The notes under the pieces: model-generated
The model's input: the letters and a program-made list of their open reading frames with translations, nothing else
The model's database searches: none
Told to the model about the DNA's origin: nothing
NCBI GenBank assembly: GCA_032128375.1
Contig: JAQBGU010000202.1
Location: 1 to 64,000 of the forward strand
From: Deltaproteobacteria bacterium
GTDB taxonomy: Bacteria > Myxococcota_A > UBA9160 > SMWR01
Reading direction: 5' to 3'
Length of the DNA: 64,000 nt
In this document: positions 19,101 through 28,168 of the stretch, piece after piece
How positions within the stretch are numbered: position 1 is the first letter of the stretch
Layout of the letters: every line of letters begins with the position of its first letter
Translations under genes and position numbers: made by a program

Positions 19101-19391
19101 GCTGCGATACGAATGCAGAGGCCGATTGGACGTGCGGCATCCGACGAGGCGCACACCGCCAACGACATGCAAGTCGGATTCGAACTCGGCATCGAAACTC
19201 GGCAGCATTCGAACCGCTTCGCGCGCGAGATAGGGACTGCGATCCACCGCGTTCTCGAAGAGTTCGACGCTTCGACACCGATGTCCGCGACCGTGCTGGA
19301 GCGGCATCGCGCGTCGCTTGCACTGCACCTGGAATCTATGGTCGAACCAAGAGACGCCGAAGCGGCTGTAGTGGCCGGACGGATCTGCTGA
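16101..19391 (+). CDS. addA: AddA-like UvrD/SF1 helicase-nuclease subunit A (frameshifted near 19380)
   Basis: EAGAGTGKTT, ITFTEKAA.EM, VDEFQDT, VGDPKQSIY, TIHGAKGL, LYVAMTRAK, GTAIH; GTGA overlap with the addB stop. Confidence 0.9.
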   Translation: MNSARSTTDVTLRESDQRARAMAQRVFDRPLVLEAGAGTGKTTALVARVLSWCLGVGWDRAVAAIDGDAVGLDRIASAVLGGVVAITFTEKAAAEMSQRIGGALRDVERGEHPAWLLEDVLPEDTNVRRNRARALIGGLDRLVVATIHAYCRRVLVDNALDAGLHPNLEVDADGHVQAEIAREILERALETAYTESGDPALLGLAARGIGPRELEHELLALLDTGAPASAFAADPTSPDRVVGLCERFVAALEGLGSCVSDLAGQAGIGGASAARIDETLEWLREQTPQDSQGLGVFVQWLRENWPENEQKRIADWGRGRFINSETAALGNEVCDAPATRESAASVSRTLNHILSIDVDLLALSRAAIVPLLARIEQVLRQRGVASFSALLRETRALLRGNERVADRIRAEIDQLLVDEFQDTDSRQCDIVRSLALSRTEPGANESTRPGLFLVGDPKQSIYGWRNADLAAYDAFIDDVLAFGGIRERLSINHRSVPAILEEVERIVAPAMQEQPGMQPAFQPLIPSAANLSSKPAARGERIADSAPVEHWVSAGWDRDAAEPRKTRSSEATRIEADALALDLRKLHDRDNVEWASIGVLFRGRSDWEIYLGALRGADVPYVVEGDRSYHRRREIIEAASLVRSVLDPNDQIALLTLLRSSMVGIPDAALVPLWSRDLPARIGELERPSPDVLSDLASLIRDAALAVPREVPGIDRIRGWEENLIGIVTDIAVLRESFECDATDVFVEKMRTRSLFEATEATRLLGAWRCANLDRFFRELTEALAEGGDTRALLRRLRKAVTAEEDAEEGRPVEIVDDAVAVMTIHGAKGLDFEHVYLMQLHKGVGPVGGKDCGASEIDGHMEYRLCGACSLGWDRVSFARDCVSEAERVRTLYVAMTRAKQRLVLAGVWPSLQFRAGVGQPVELLEPRFEGDIHARMCEVAALGRVGFEDRFGVRFFFPVLDALDRPSQPCLLTVRGAGLSAESDIARASARLAELRAKAAIRMQRPIGRAASDEAHTANDMQVGFELGIETRQHSNRFAREIGTAIHRVLEEFDASTPMSATVLERHRASLALHLESMVEPRDAEAAVVAGRIC

Positions 19392-19762
19392 ATCGGATCG
19401 CCAAGGGGAAGCTGCTCGCGCGGCTCGCCGGCCTGTACGGGTGCGTGTTGGCGCGCGAACTCCCAGTGCTGTGCAGGCCAGGGTCCGAGGCGGAACTTGC
19501 GGGTGGCGACGGCGATGATCTCGGCCCGGTCGGGTACTTTGCCGGTACGATCGACCTGGTCTACCGGGATCGGGAAACGGGCGAAACGGTGGTCGCCGAT
19601 TACAAGACCGATCCCATCGAAAGTGATGCCGAGTTGGTGTCGCGTGCGGCGATGTATCGATTGCAGGGCGGCGTGTACCAACGCGCGTTGAAAGATGCGA
19701 TGGGGCTCGCGGAGCCACCGCGCTTCGAGCTGTGGTTCTTTCACGCCGACCGCATCTACTGA
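19379..19762 (+). other. addA: C-terminal RecB-type nuclease domain of AddA in the -1 frame
   Basis: RELP...GTIDLVY...VADYKTD...Y..Q...Y in the frame of ORF 18914..19762. Confidence 0.85.
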
Positions 19763-19833
19763 ACTCACGTGTCGGTGCGGCCTGGTTGGGCCATACTCAC
19801 GCCGACCCGATCCAGCATCTGACAGGAGTAGTC

Positions 19834-21480
19834 GTGAAGGCATCAGATCTGTTCGTAAAGTGCCTCGAAGCCGAAGGTGTGACGCAGATATTCGGTGTTC
19901 CGGGCGAAGAGAACGCTCATTTCATGATGTCGCTCGAAGATTCTCCGATCGAGTTCGTGTTGACGCGTCACGAACAAGGTGCCGCGTTCATGGCCGAAAT
20001 TCACGGTCGCCTGACTGGCGAGCCCGGTGTGTGTCTCGGTACGTTGGGTCCAGGTGCTACGAATCTGATCACCGGTGTCGCGGATGCCAACATGGATCGC
20101 GCTCCGCTGATCTGCTTGACGGGCCAGGCGGACAGCCAACGCCAGCACAAAGAAAGTCACCAACACATGGACGTGGTCAGCATGTTCAGGCCGGTGACGA
20201 AGTGGGCACATGCGGTCCTCCACCCGGACAACATCCCTGAAGTGATCAGGAAGGCGTTCAAGATCGCCAAGACCGAGAAGCCCGGTGCGGCGCATATCGA
20301 ACTGGCGGAGGACATCGCGCAACTCGATGCAAAGACGCTGGTGATCCCGCCGGTCCGCACGCGCCGCGCCGTGCCAGCCGACAAGGTCGTCGACGAGGCG
20401 TGGGAGCTGATCCGAGTGGCCCAGCGCCCGGTGATTCTCGCCGGCAACGGCACGATCCGGAAGCGCGCCAGCAGGCAACTGCGGCTGTTCGCAGAGAAGA
20501 CCGGGATCGGCGTGATCAGCACGTTCATGGCGAAGGGCTGCATCGACATGGACTCTGAGCACTGTCTGTACACGATCGGCTTGCAAAGCAAGGACGTGGT
20601 CGCGCACGCGATCGATGCTGCGGACGTCGTCATCTGCCTTGGCTACGACATGGTCGAGTACCACCCGAGGCTCTGGAACCCGACGGGCGACAAGCAGATC
20701 ATTCATGTGGACTTTCTGGCCGCCGAGATCGACGAGAACTACCGCGTGGCGGTCGATGTAGTCGGCGACCTCGCCCACACGCTGTGGATGTTCAACGAAC
20801 GAGCCGCGGAGGCTTCGCTTTCGTTCGACGGGGCTCTGAAGAAGGCGGTGCGACGCGACATGGCGGCGGACTTCGCCGAGCACAAGGATGACGATACGAC
20901 CGGCACGATCCGGCCGCAGAAGGCCTTGTGGGATGCGCGCGCTGTGATGGGTCCGCACGACATCCTGCTCAGTGACGTCGGGGCGCACAAGATGTGGATC
21001 GCGCGCTACTACCAGTGTCACGAGCCGAATACCTGCCTGATCCCGAACGGGTTCTGCTCGATGGGGTTCGCGCTACCGGGAGCCATCGCCGCGCAGAGGG
21101 TGTTCCCCGAGCGTCGAATCATGGCGATCTGTGGTGATGCGGGTTTCTTGATGAACGTCCAGGAGATGGAAACTGCCGTTCGGGTCGGCTCGAACATCGT
21201 CGTGATGGTTTGGGAAGATCACATGTACGGACTCATCGCGTGGAAGCAGAAGAACGAGTTCGGCAGACACACGGACCTGAGCTTCGGAAACCCCGACTTC
21301 GTTGCTCTCGCGAAGGCGTTTGGTTGGAACGGCTATCGGGTCGAGAAGAGTGTGGAACTGAAGGATACGCTCGAGCAGGCCTTCCAAACACCGGGCCCGA
21401 GTCTCGTGGTGATCCCGATCGATTACCGCGAAAACGAGCTGCTGACCGTGCGTCTCGGCAATATCTTGTGTCCGATTTGA
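19834..21480 (+). CDS. Acetolactate synthase large subunit family (ThDP enzyme)
   Basis: FGVPGEEN, RHEQGAAFMA, TLGPGATN, GDAGFLMN..E ThDP motif; AGGAG RBS before GTG. Confidence 0.93.
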   Translation: MKASDLFVKCLEAEGVTQIFGVPGEENAHFMMSLEDSPIEFVLTRHEQGAAFMAEIHGRLTGEPGVCLGTLGPGATNLITGVADANMDRAPLICLTGQADSQRQHKESHQHMDVVSMFRPVTKWAHAVLHPDNIPEVIRKAFKIAKTEKPGAAHIELAEDIAQLDAKTLVIPPVRTRRAVPADKVVDEAWELIRVAQRPVILAGNGTIRKRASRQLRLFAEKTGIGVISTFMAKGCIDMDSEHCLYTIGLQSKDVVAHAIDAADVVICLGYDMVEYHPRLWNPTGDKQIIHVDFLAAEIDENYRVAVDVVGDLAHTLWMFNERAAEASLSFDGALKKAVRRDMAADFAEHKDDDTTGTIRPQKALWDARAVMGPHDILLSDVGAHKMWIARYYQCHEPNTCLIPNGFCSMGFALPGAIAAQRVFPERRIMAICGDAGFLMNVQEMETAVRVGSNIVVMVWEDHMYGLIAWKQKNEFGRHTDLSFGNPDFVALAKAFGWNGYRVEKSVELKDTLEQAFQTPGPSLVVIPIDYRENELLTVRLGNILCPI

Positions 21481-21556
21481 CTTTGGTTTTGACTTTGGTT
21501 CTGACATCCGAAAAGAGGGCTGCAAAGAGGGCTGCAAAGAGGGCGGCGAAGAGAGC
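21476..21556. repeat. Two adjacent 12-nt tandem repeats: (TTTGACTTTGGT)x2.5 and (AAAGAGGGCTGC)x3-4
   Basis: Read directly, at and after the ALS stop codon. Confidence 0.9.
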
Positions 21557-21697
21557 CGACTAGAAGTCCGGGCACTTTCGATCCAAGCCAACCGATGTCG
21601 CTCGGCGGTCGATCGTTTCCAACCAAGACCAGGGCCGGAATCGGAAAAGAGCCTTCAACGAGAGAATTTCTGGCGGGAATCTCGCAGGGGAATCAGC

Positions 21698-23125
21698 ATG
21701 CTTCGCACCAGTTATCCCTACTATCTGGGCAACGAGCCACAGTCTCCCAACCAAGACCTCGAGGTTCGCGACAAATTTTCGGGTGAGGTCGCGACTCGAG
21801 TTCCGCTCGCCGACGCGGCGGCGATCGATCGCGCAATCGGCTTGGCGGTCGAAGCTGCCGGGCCGATGCGCGAAATGGCGGCATACGAGCGTCAGCGGGT
21901 ATTGCAACACTGCGTTGATCGGTTCACCGAGAGGTCAGAAGAACTCGCGCTGGCGCTGTGCATCGAGGCTGGCAAGCCGATCAAAGATGCCCAAGGAGAG
22001 GTCGGCCGGCTGATCGACACGTTTCGGATCGCGGCCGAAGAATCGGTTCGAATCTACGGCGAAGTGATGCCGATGGATATCGCTCCGCGGGCGCGCGGCT
22101 ATTCGGGGCAGTGGAAGCGTGTGCCGATCGGACCGTGCTCGTTCATCTCGCCGTTCAATTTTCCGTTGAACCTGGCCGCACACAAGGTGGCGCCCGCGTT
22201 GGCGGTCGGTTGCCCTTTCGTGCTGAAGCCAGCGAGTCTGACGCCAATCGGCGCGATCATCATCGGCGAAGTGCTCGCCGAGACGGATCTTCCGAAGGGC
22301 GCGTTCTCCATCTTGCCCGCGCGCCGCGACGGCGCCGAGTTGTTCACGGTCGATGAGCGCTTCAAGCTGCTCAGCTTTACCGGATCGCCGAGCGTCGGTT
22401 GGATGTTGAAGAGCCAGGCGGGCAAGAAGAAGGTCGTGCTGGAATTGGGCGGGAACGCTGCGGTCATTGTCGACAGCGACGCGGACCTCGACGACGCTAC
22501 TGATCGCATTGTGTTCGGCGCATTTTACCAATCGGGTCAGAGTTGTATCGGCGTGCAGCGCATCTTGATACACGACGAGGTCTACGATGCGCTGCGTGAG
22601 AAACTGGTTGCAAAGACGCGCGCGCTGAAAATGGGAGACCCGAAAGACCCGGAGACTTTCATCGGTCCGATGATCTCGGAAAAAGAAGCCACGCGGCTCG
22701 AAGGATGGGTAAGCAGCGCGATCGCGGCCGGTGCGAAGCTCTTGTGTGGGGGCAAGCGAGACGGAGCGATGCTCGAAGCCACCCTGCTCGAACACGTAGA
22801 GGCTTCCCAGGCTGTGGTCTGTGAAGAGGCTTTTGGCCCGGTCGCTGTGCTTTCCCGATTCAGCGGCTTCGAGGAGGCCCTCGCGTCGGTCAACTCCAGC
22901 AAGTTCGGTCTCCAGGCTGGCCTATTCACGCGCGATCTCTATAAGGCGCATCGCGCTTGGGACGTACTCGAGGTCGGCGGTGTAGTGATCGGCGACGTAC
23001 CGTCATGGCGCGTCGATCACATGCCTTACGGAGGCGTCAAGGACAGCGGGCTCGGACGCGAAGGAATCCGTTTCGCGATGGAAGACATGAGTGAGATCCG
23101 GTTGCTGGTGGTGCGCACTCCGTGA
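21698..23125 (+). CDS. Aldehyde dehydrogenase
   Basis: PFNFPLN, FTGS, LELGGNA, GQSCI, EEAFGP. Confidence 0.95.
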   Translation: MLRTSYPYYLGNEPQSPNQDLEVRDKFSGEVATRVPLADAAAIDRAIGLAVEAAGPMREMAAYERQRVLQHCVDRFTERSEELALALCIEAGKPIKDAQGEVGRLIDTFRIAAEESVRIYGEVMPMDIAPRARGYSGQWKRVPIGPCSFISPFNFPLNLAAHKVAPALAVGCPFVLKPASLTPIGAIIIGEVLAETDLPKGAFSILPARRDGAELFTVDERFKLLSFTGSPSVGWMLKSQAGKKKVVLELGGNAAVIVDSDADLDDATDRIVFGAFYQSGQSCIGVQRILIHDEVYDALREKLVAKTRALKMGDPKDPETFIGPMISEKEATRLEGWVSSAIAAGAKLLCGGKRDGAMLEATLLEHVEASQAVVCEEAFGPVAVLSRFSGFEEALASVNSSKFGLQAGLFTRDLYKAHRAWDVLEVGGVVIGDVPSWRVDHMPYGGVKDSGLGREGIRFAMEDMSEIRLLVVRTP

Positions 23126-24531
23126 TGAGCGGCGCTGGCGGCGAAACAGTCGAATCCGTTCGGCAGATCTTGGCGAGAGACGCGGCTGGCGGAAACGCGA
23201 CAGTTCGCGGATGGGTGCGGACTGCGCGCCACGCGAAGGGCGTGACATTTCTCGAAGTCAGCGATGGGTCCTGTTTTGCTGGACTTCAAGTTGTCGTCCA
23301 GCCATCGGTACCCGGCTTTGACGTCGAATTGCGTCACTTGCAGACCGGCTGCGCGGTCGAGGCGACCGGCGAACTGGTCGAGTCGCCGGGTGCGGAGCAG
23401 AGCGTGGAGCTCGCGGCAGCGCGCGTCGAGGTCGTTGGCAAGGTCGCGGATGGCTATCCGCTTCAGAAAAAGCGCCATTCGTTCGAGTTCTTGCGGTCGA
23501 TCGCGCACCTTCGACCTCGAACCAATACAATGGGTGCCGTGCTTCGGGTTCGAAACGCGGCCGCCCGCGCGATCCACGAGTTCTTTCAGCAGCGCGGCTT
23601 CATCTGGTTGCACACTCCCATCATTACAGCCTCCGACGCCGAAGGCGCCGGAAACCTGTTTCGGGTCAGTGTGATGGACCCCGGCAACCCCGCACGAGAC
23701 GTTGCAGGGGCGGTAGATTACAGCCAAGATTTTTTCGGTCGAGAGACCTTCCTGACCGTGTCGGGACAGCTCGAAGCGGAAATCGCCGCATTGGCGCTGA
23801 CCAACGTGTACACGTTCGGGCCGACGTTTCGGGCCGAGAATTCGAACACCAGTCGACACCTGGCAGAGTTCTGGATGGTCGAGCCAGAGGTCGCGTTTTG
23901 CGACCTCGACGCCAACGCGGACCTCGCTGAGGCGTTCTTGAAGCACGTCTTCGAGTACGTGCTTTCGAACTGTCCGGATGACATGGCGTTTTTCAATCAG
24001 CGCATCGATGAGACCGTGATCGAAACGATCGAGCACATCGTCCGGACGCCCTTCGAGCGAATCACCTATACCGAAGCCGTCTCGATCCTGGAGCGATCAG
24101 GCGAGTCTTTCGAGTTCCCGGTTGCCTGGGGGGCCGATCTTCAGAGCGAACACGAGCGATACCTTGCCGAGAAGCACATCGGAAAACCGACGATCGTGAC
24201 CGACTATCCGGCGTCGATCAAAGCCTTCTACATGTACCTCAACGACGACGGCAAGACGGTTCGCGCGCTAGACGTCCTGGTCCCGAAGGTCGGCGAGATG
24301 ATCGGCGGATCTCAACGCGAGCACCGCCTCGATGTGCTCGAGCCGCGGATGGCCGAGCACGGACTCGCCGAGGCGGACTACTGGTGGTACCTCGACCTAC
24401 GTCGCTACGGCTCGGTACCCCATTCGGGTTTTGGCCTGGGGTTCGAGCGGCTGGTGCAGTTCGTGACCGGTATGGCAAACATCCGGGATGTCATTCCGTT
24501 TCCGCGCGTTCCTGGCTACGCAGAGTTCTAG
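23125..24531 (+). CDS. asnS: Asparagine--tRNA ligase
   Basis: OB-fold [40 protein letters not shown]. Confidence 0.97.
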   Translation: MSGAGGETVESVRQILARDAAGGNATVRGWVRTARHAKGVTFLEVSDGSCFAGLQVVVQPSVPGFDVELRHLQTGCAVEATGELVESPGAEQSVELAAARVEVVGKVADGYPLQKKRHSFEFLRSIAHLRPRTNTMGAVLRVRNAAARAIHEFFQQRGFIWLHTPIITASDAEGAGNLFRVSVMDPGNPARDVAGAVDYSQDFFGRETFLTVSGQLEAEIAALALTNVYTFGPTFRAENSNTSRHLAEFWMVEPEVAFCDLDANADLAEAFLKHVFEYVLSNCPDDMAFFNQRIDETVIETIEHIVRTPFERITYTEAVSILERSGESFEFPVAWGADLQSEHERYLAEKHIGKPTIVTDYPASIKAFYMYLNDDGKTVRALDVLVPKVGEMIGGSQREHRLDVLEPRMAEHGLAEADYWWYLDLRRYGSVPHSGFGLGFERLVQFVTGMANIRDVIPFPRVPGYAEF

Positions 24532-24532
24532 C

Positions 24533-24895
24533 TTGCCGGCGCAACCGGACGGTTTGTTCGATGCTCACCTGCGAATCGAGGCGGCTCTAGAGCGGGATGA
24601 TTCGATCGAGTTGATGGACCTGATCGCTCAGATCGCACTCGAGGAGTCGGACCGACGCTTCGCCGAAAACTGCTGCGCGCGGCTCGCAAAACACCGCAAC
24701 GCGATCGTGCGAGGCAATGCGGTTCTGGGTTTCGGGCACCTGGCGCGTCGCTTCGGCCAACTCGATGGGCGGCGGATTCACCGGCTTGTGGACGTCGCAC
24801 TGCACGACCAAAGTGACTATGTACGAACACAGGCCGAATCGGCAGCACAAGACCTTGCGACCTTCCTTGCGTGGGAGTTCCGTTCACAGGATTAA
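24533..24895 (+). CDS. Small HEAT-repeat-like hypothetical protein
   Basis: VRGNAVLGFGHL and LHDQSDYVR..A helical repeats; TTG start inferred. Confidence 0.6.
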   Translation: MPAQPDGLFDAHLRIEAALERDDSIELMDLIAQIALEESDRRFAENCCARLAKHRNAIVRGNAVLGFGHLARRFGQLDGRRIHRLVDVALHDQSDYVRTQAESAAQDLATFLAWEFRSQD

Positions 24896-25072
24896 ACCGT
24901 CGGTGAACCTAGCCGGCGCCCTCGCGCTCGTTGGAGCGGAAGTCGCGGCGGCGCAACTCCACGGCTGCTGCAGGCAGACAAACATTCCACCACCGGAAAA
25001 ATGAGGCGGATGATCCCACTTTCCACAGATTGACGACAGCGAGCGGACCGCCTGGGGTGACACAACAAGCAG

Positions 25073-25660
25073 TTACGACGACTGGGCTTTGGCCTCGGCT
25101 CGCAGCCGGAGATACTGGGTGAGCACGTGCATCAGACTCTGGTGAGTATCTTCTGCGATTCCGTAGTTTCTGACCGGGACCCAGATCGTGTGGTCGGCAA
25201 TGCGACGAAGCTCGCCGCCCTCGAAGCCGACGAAGGCGATGGTCGGGACACCCTGTTCCTGCGCGTAGCGACATGCCGCGACGACGTTTGCCGAATTGCC
25301 ACTGGAGCTGACCAGCATCACAGCGTCCTGGGGGCCGAGGTAGTAGATGAGCTGCTGGCGAAAGACGTCCTCGTAGGAAAGGTCGTTTGCCAGCGCGGTC
25401 AGCATCGGCCCGTTCGCACAAAGCGAGACGGAACGCAGCGGACTGACACCGTCGACGTGTGTTCCCTTCGTCGCGTCGCAAGCCGTGTGATCGGCGATCG
25501 CGGCACTCCCGCCGTTGCCGGCGACCCACACAGTTCCCCCGGCATCGCGCACGCGCTCGAGGATCTCGCAGATCTGGGTCAACGGGCCCCGATCGAACTC
25601 CTGCAGGGCCAAAACGAAGCGCGCGTAGTAGTCGTCGACGAAGCGCTCGAATTCACTCAT
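25073..25660 (-). CDS. gmhA: SIS-domain phosphoheptose isomerase-like protein
   Basis: GNGGSAAIADH, TALAND, SSSGNSANV, EDTH. Confidence 0.88.
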   Translation of the reverse strand: MSEFERFVDDYYARFVLALQEFDRGPLTQICEILERVRDAGGTVWVAGNGGSAAIADHTACDATKGTHVDGVSPLRSVSLCANGPMLTALANDLSYEDVFRQQLIYYLGPQDAVMLVSSSGNSANVVAACRYAQEQGVPTIAFVGFEGGELRRIADHTIWVPVRNYGIAEDTHQSLMHVLTQYLRLRAEAKAQSS

Positions 25661-26538
25661 GATGACGGATCCATCTGCTCGCTCACGTTAGTTCGAGCCA
25701 CACGGGTCCGGGCCACGACGGGTTCGGGCCAAAAGAACCGCATCAATGCACCGATGCAAAGGAGCGCCAGACACCCCAACACATACGTCGCCACCCCGGA
25801 CCAGTCGTGCAGCGGGCCCTTCGTGGCGGCGTCGACGCCCACGTAGTGACATGCCACCAGGGTACCCGCGACGCGCAGCAGATTTCCAAGCATCGCAAGC
25901 GGAATGACCGAGACGACCAGGACCGCGCGACGGATCAGGGTTCGCTCGGTGAAGTACGCAAGGAACACGCCCAGCGGCAGCATCGTCACGATCGATGTGA
26001 TACCGCTGCATGCCTCGGCGACGAACACGGATTCGCCGCCCGGCAGTATGATCACGTTTCCCTCGCGCAACAGCGACATCCCGCCCCACTGCAGCAGATC
26101 GACCGCGAATCCGCTCGCCACGAGCTGAAGCTGCACGATGACCGGCGTGATCCAGGCTTCGGGCAGCGGCACCATGAAAGCGAGGAAACCAACAGGAAAG
26201 GCCAGGGTCCGCAGCCATTGCATACCACACAGATAGAGAGTTGCTCCTGCCACTGCGCTCACAAAGCCGACGCCTGCGACGAATACCGAGTCCGTCAGGG
26301 CTCCGCAAAGGTTCAAAAAAAGCGACGCGGCGATCACCACGAGTCCGCGAATGTCGCGTTCGCGAGGAATCCGGGCGAGGCGCCGTGCCAGTCCGTTCAC
26401 CACCCATAGTGCGACGAAAGGCACCAGGAATCCGTGGGAAGCGTATTCCACCCGGCGCCAGACCTGAGCCATGCTCACGAGCGCGGGCACGTAGGCCAGC
26501 GCGAGGCACCCGAGAAATAGCTTCTCCCGCAGATGCAT
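25657..26538 (-). CDS. Exosortase/archaeosortase family protein
   Basis: SHGFLVP, FMVPLP, VAEACSGI (Cys), NLLRV (Arg), LHDW.G (His); about 8 TMs. Confidence 0.9.
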   Translation of the reverse strand: MHLREKLFLGCLALAYVPALVSMAQVWRRVEYASHGFLVPFVALWVVNGLARRLARIPRERDIRGLVVIAASLFLNLCGALTDSVFVAGVGFVSAVAGATLYLCGMQWLRTLAFPVGFLAFMVPLPEAWITPVIVQLQLVASGFAVDLLQWGGMSLLREGNVIILPGGESVFVAEACSGITSIVTMLPLGVFLAYFTERTLIRRAVLVVSVIPLAMLGNLLRVAGTLVACHYVGVDAATKGPLHDWSGVATYVLGCLALLCIGALMRFFWPEPVVARTRVARTNVSEQMDPSS

Positions 26539-26768
26539 GAGTCGGACCCCCCTCGAACCGCTCCGTTCCAGTGTCACGGGAGAGCCTACTACGCGCATGA
26601 AGTGCCGCAACACGGAGCGCCCATGGGAACATCGGCGCACGCACCCGTTGGAGATGAGAAATCATGCGCGCTCTCCTCCTTCGCAAAGCGGAGCGTCCAG
26701 GCCCAGCTGCTGCTTGCTGCAAAGCCCTGGAAAGGCCGGGCGATGCGCCGCATCTGGACGACGGCCTG

Positions 26769-27245
26769 TCAGCTGTTCTCTTTCCAGTCGGCTACCAGCG
26801 ACTCCATCGTGACGTTCGCAACGACCTTCCCATCCTCGTCGAGAATTTCGTAGAGAAGCCCAGTGCTGGAATGATTCCCGAAGAAGACCACCCCGCCCAT
26901 TTCTCCGCCGCGCTCGAGATGCGGTAGCGCGTCGCCCACCGTCAACGCGTAGTCGCCGGCGCCTCGCACCTTGTGCACCCCACGAGTGCCATCTGGATGG
27001 ATATCCCATAGATGCTGCTCGCCCTCGAGCACGAGGACGGTCGTTGTTGCGGTGTGTCGATGGATCGGGCAATGACCGCCGTCACCCTCCCACCGCACCA
27101 GCATATCGAGAGTCCCCGCGGCCAGATCGTATCCGAGAATTGTGTAGTCGTGGCGAACCATGTACGAAAGCTCGGGGCCGCCGATCACTTCCCGCCATCT
27201 GTGGCGGTGGGATTCGAAAAAGCGCTGGTCCATTCTCTGAGCCAT
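26769..27245 (-). CDS. Cupin-fold (ChrR-like) protein
   Basis: HCPIHRH..T.VLEGEQH..; LPHLE; GGAGG RBS before ATG at 27245. Confidence 0.7.
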   Translation of the reverse strand: MAQRMDQRFFESHRHRWREVIGGPELSYMVRHDYTILGYDLAAGTLDMLVRWEGDGGHCPIHRHTATTTVLVLEGEQHLWDIHPDGTRGVHKVRGAGDYALTVGDALPHLERGGEMGGVVFFGNHSSTGLLYEILDEDGKVVANVTMESLVADWKENS

Positions 27246-27427
27246 CAGGGGGTCCTCCTCGGTTGGATCATCGGTAGACATCGAATCCACACTTCCGTCG
27301 CGGAGTTTAGCCCAGCTCGAGACCGCTCTGGCTTGCCCGGTTGTTTGGACGACCTCCCATCCCGCACGAGCCAGACGCACAGCTGCTCTAGGATAGGCGC
27401 GGGACAACAGAAGGGGGTCGTTATGCG

Positions 27428-27607
27428 ATGCCGTTGCCGTCGCTGCCGTTTCGCTATGCGAGTGTCGATCGCTGGCTCCGGACGGCCGCAGCCACGCTCG
27501 GCCAACACAATGCGCTTGTCTTGGGCGGAGTTCTCGGGCTGTCGTCCGACGAACTTCGCGATCTCGAAGCGGATGGCGTGATCGGTACGCGTCCCGAGGG
27601 TCTCTGA
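27428..27607 (+). pseudogene. C-terminal remnant of a family III (CaiB/BaiF) CoA transferase
   Basis: Hand translation MPLPSLPFRYASVDRWLRTAAATLGQHNALVLGGVLGLSSDELRDLEADGVIGTRPEGL*; in-frame TAG upstream at 27389. Confidence 0.7.
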
Positions 27608-27745
27608 GGCAATCCCCATTCGCTCGAATCGAGAAGGATGTCCGCGTTACGGCGCCCCGGGAACTTGGCGCACGCGCACGCGAGGAAGATCGCCATTTTT
27701 CAGTCACATCGAGGACGCTGTGAAACGCAATTCACGTCTCGTGGG

Positions 27746-28168
27746 TCACTTTCGCAGAGCGCGAAAACGCGGAACTGCGAGGTCGGGCCCCATATCCTCC
27801 CAGACGACCTCCACGGCCATTCCAATTTCCAGATCCTCCAGAGGCGTTTCCACGAGGTTCGAAATCATTCGCACCCCTTCGGCACCGTCGAGATCGATCA
27901 CGGCAATCACGAAGGGGAGTTGCTGGCCGGCGGCGATCGGGCGGTGGACAATGGTGTAGGTGTAGAGTTCGCCGCGGCCCGATACCTCTTGCCAATGCGC
28001 GGCGTCCGATCTGCAGGACGGACAGATCGGTGCGGCGGGCAGGCGCTGGTGCGAGCAATCATCGCAGCGTTGCACGAGCAGCCTGTGTTCGGCCGCGGCT
28101 TGCCACCAGGGTACCGAAGCGTTGTCGGCCATCGGTTGCGGCATGCTATCGGGGAACCAACGCCTCAT
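27746..28168 (-). CDS. DUF35 Zn-ribbon/OB-fold protein (ChsH2-like thiolase partner)
   Basis: QRCDDC..P..ICPSC, SGRGELYTYT, IGMAVEV.W. Confidence 0.9.
   Translation of the reverse strand: MRRWFPDSMPQPMADNASVPWWQAAAEHRLLVQRCDDCSHQRLPAAPICPSCRSDAAHWQEVSGRGELYTYTIVHRPIAAGQQLPFVIAVIDLDGAEGVRMISNLVETPLEDLEIGMAVEVVWEDMGPDLAVPRFRALRK

Noticed and set aside
19386..19391. TGC-TGA at the addA stop as possible selenocysteine readthrough
   Set aside because: The homology continues in a different frame, so readthrough would not restore it.
12517..19762. Novel helicase-nuclease defence system
   Set aside because: Motifs, gene order and the Fe-S Cys pattern fit housekeeping AddAB.
19843..21021. Long antisense ORFs (also 14500-15810, 23026-24036, 27638-29059, 30500-31837, 47977-49524, 58883-60040)
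   Set aside because: Shadow frames of well-supported genes, expected with high-GC codon bias; no motifs.
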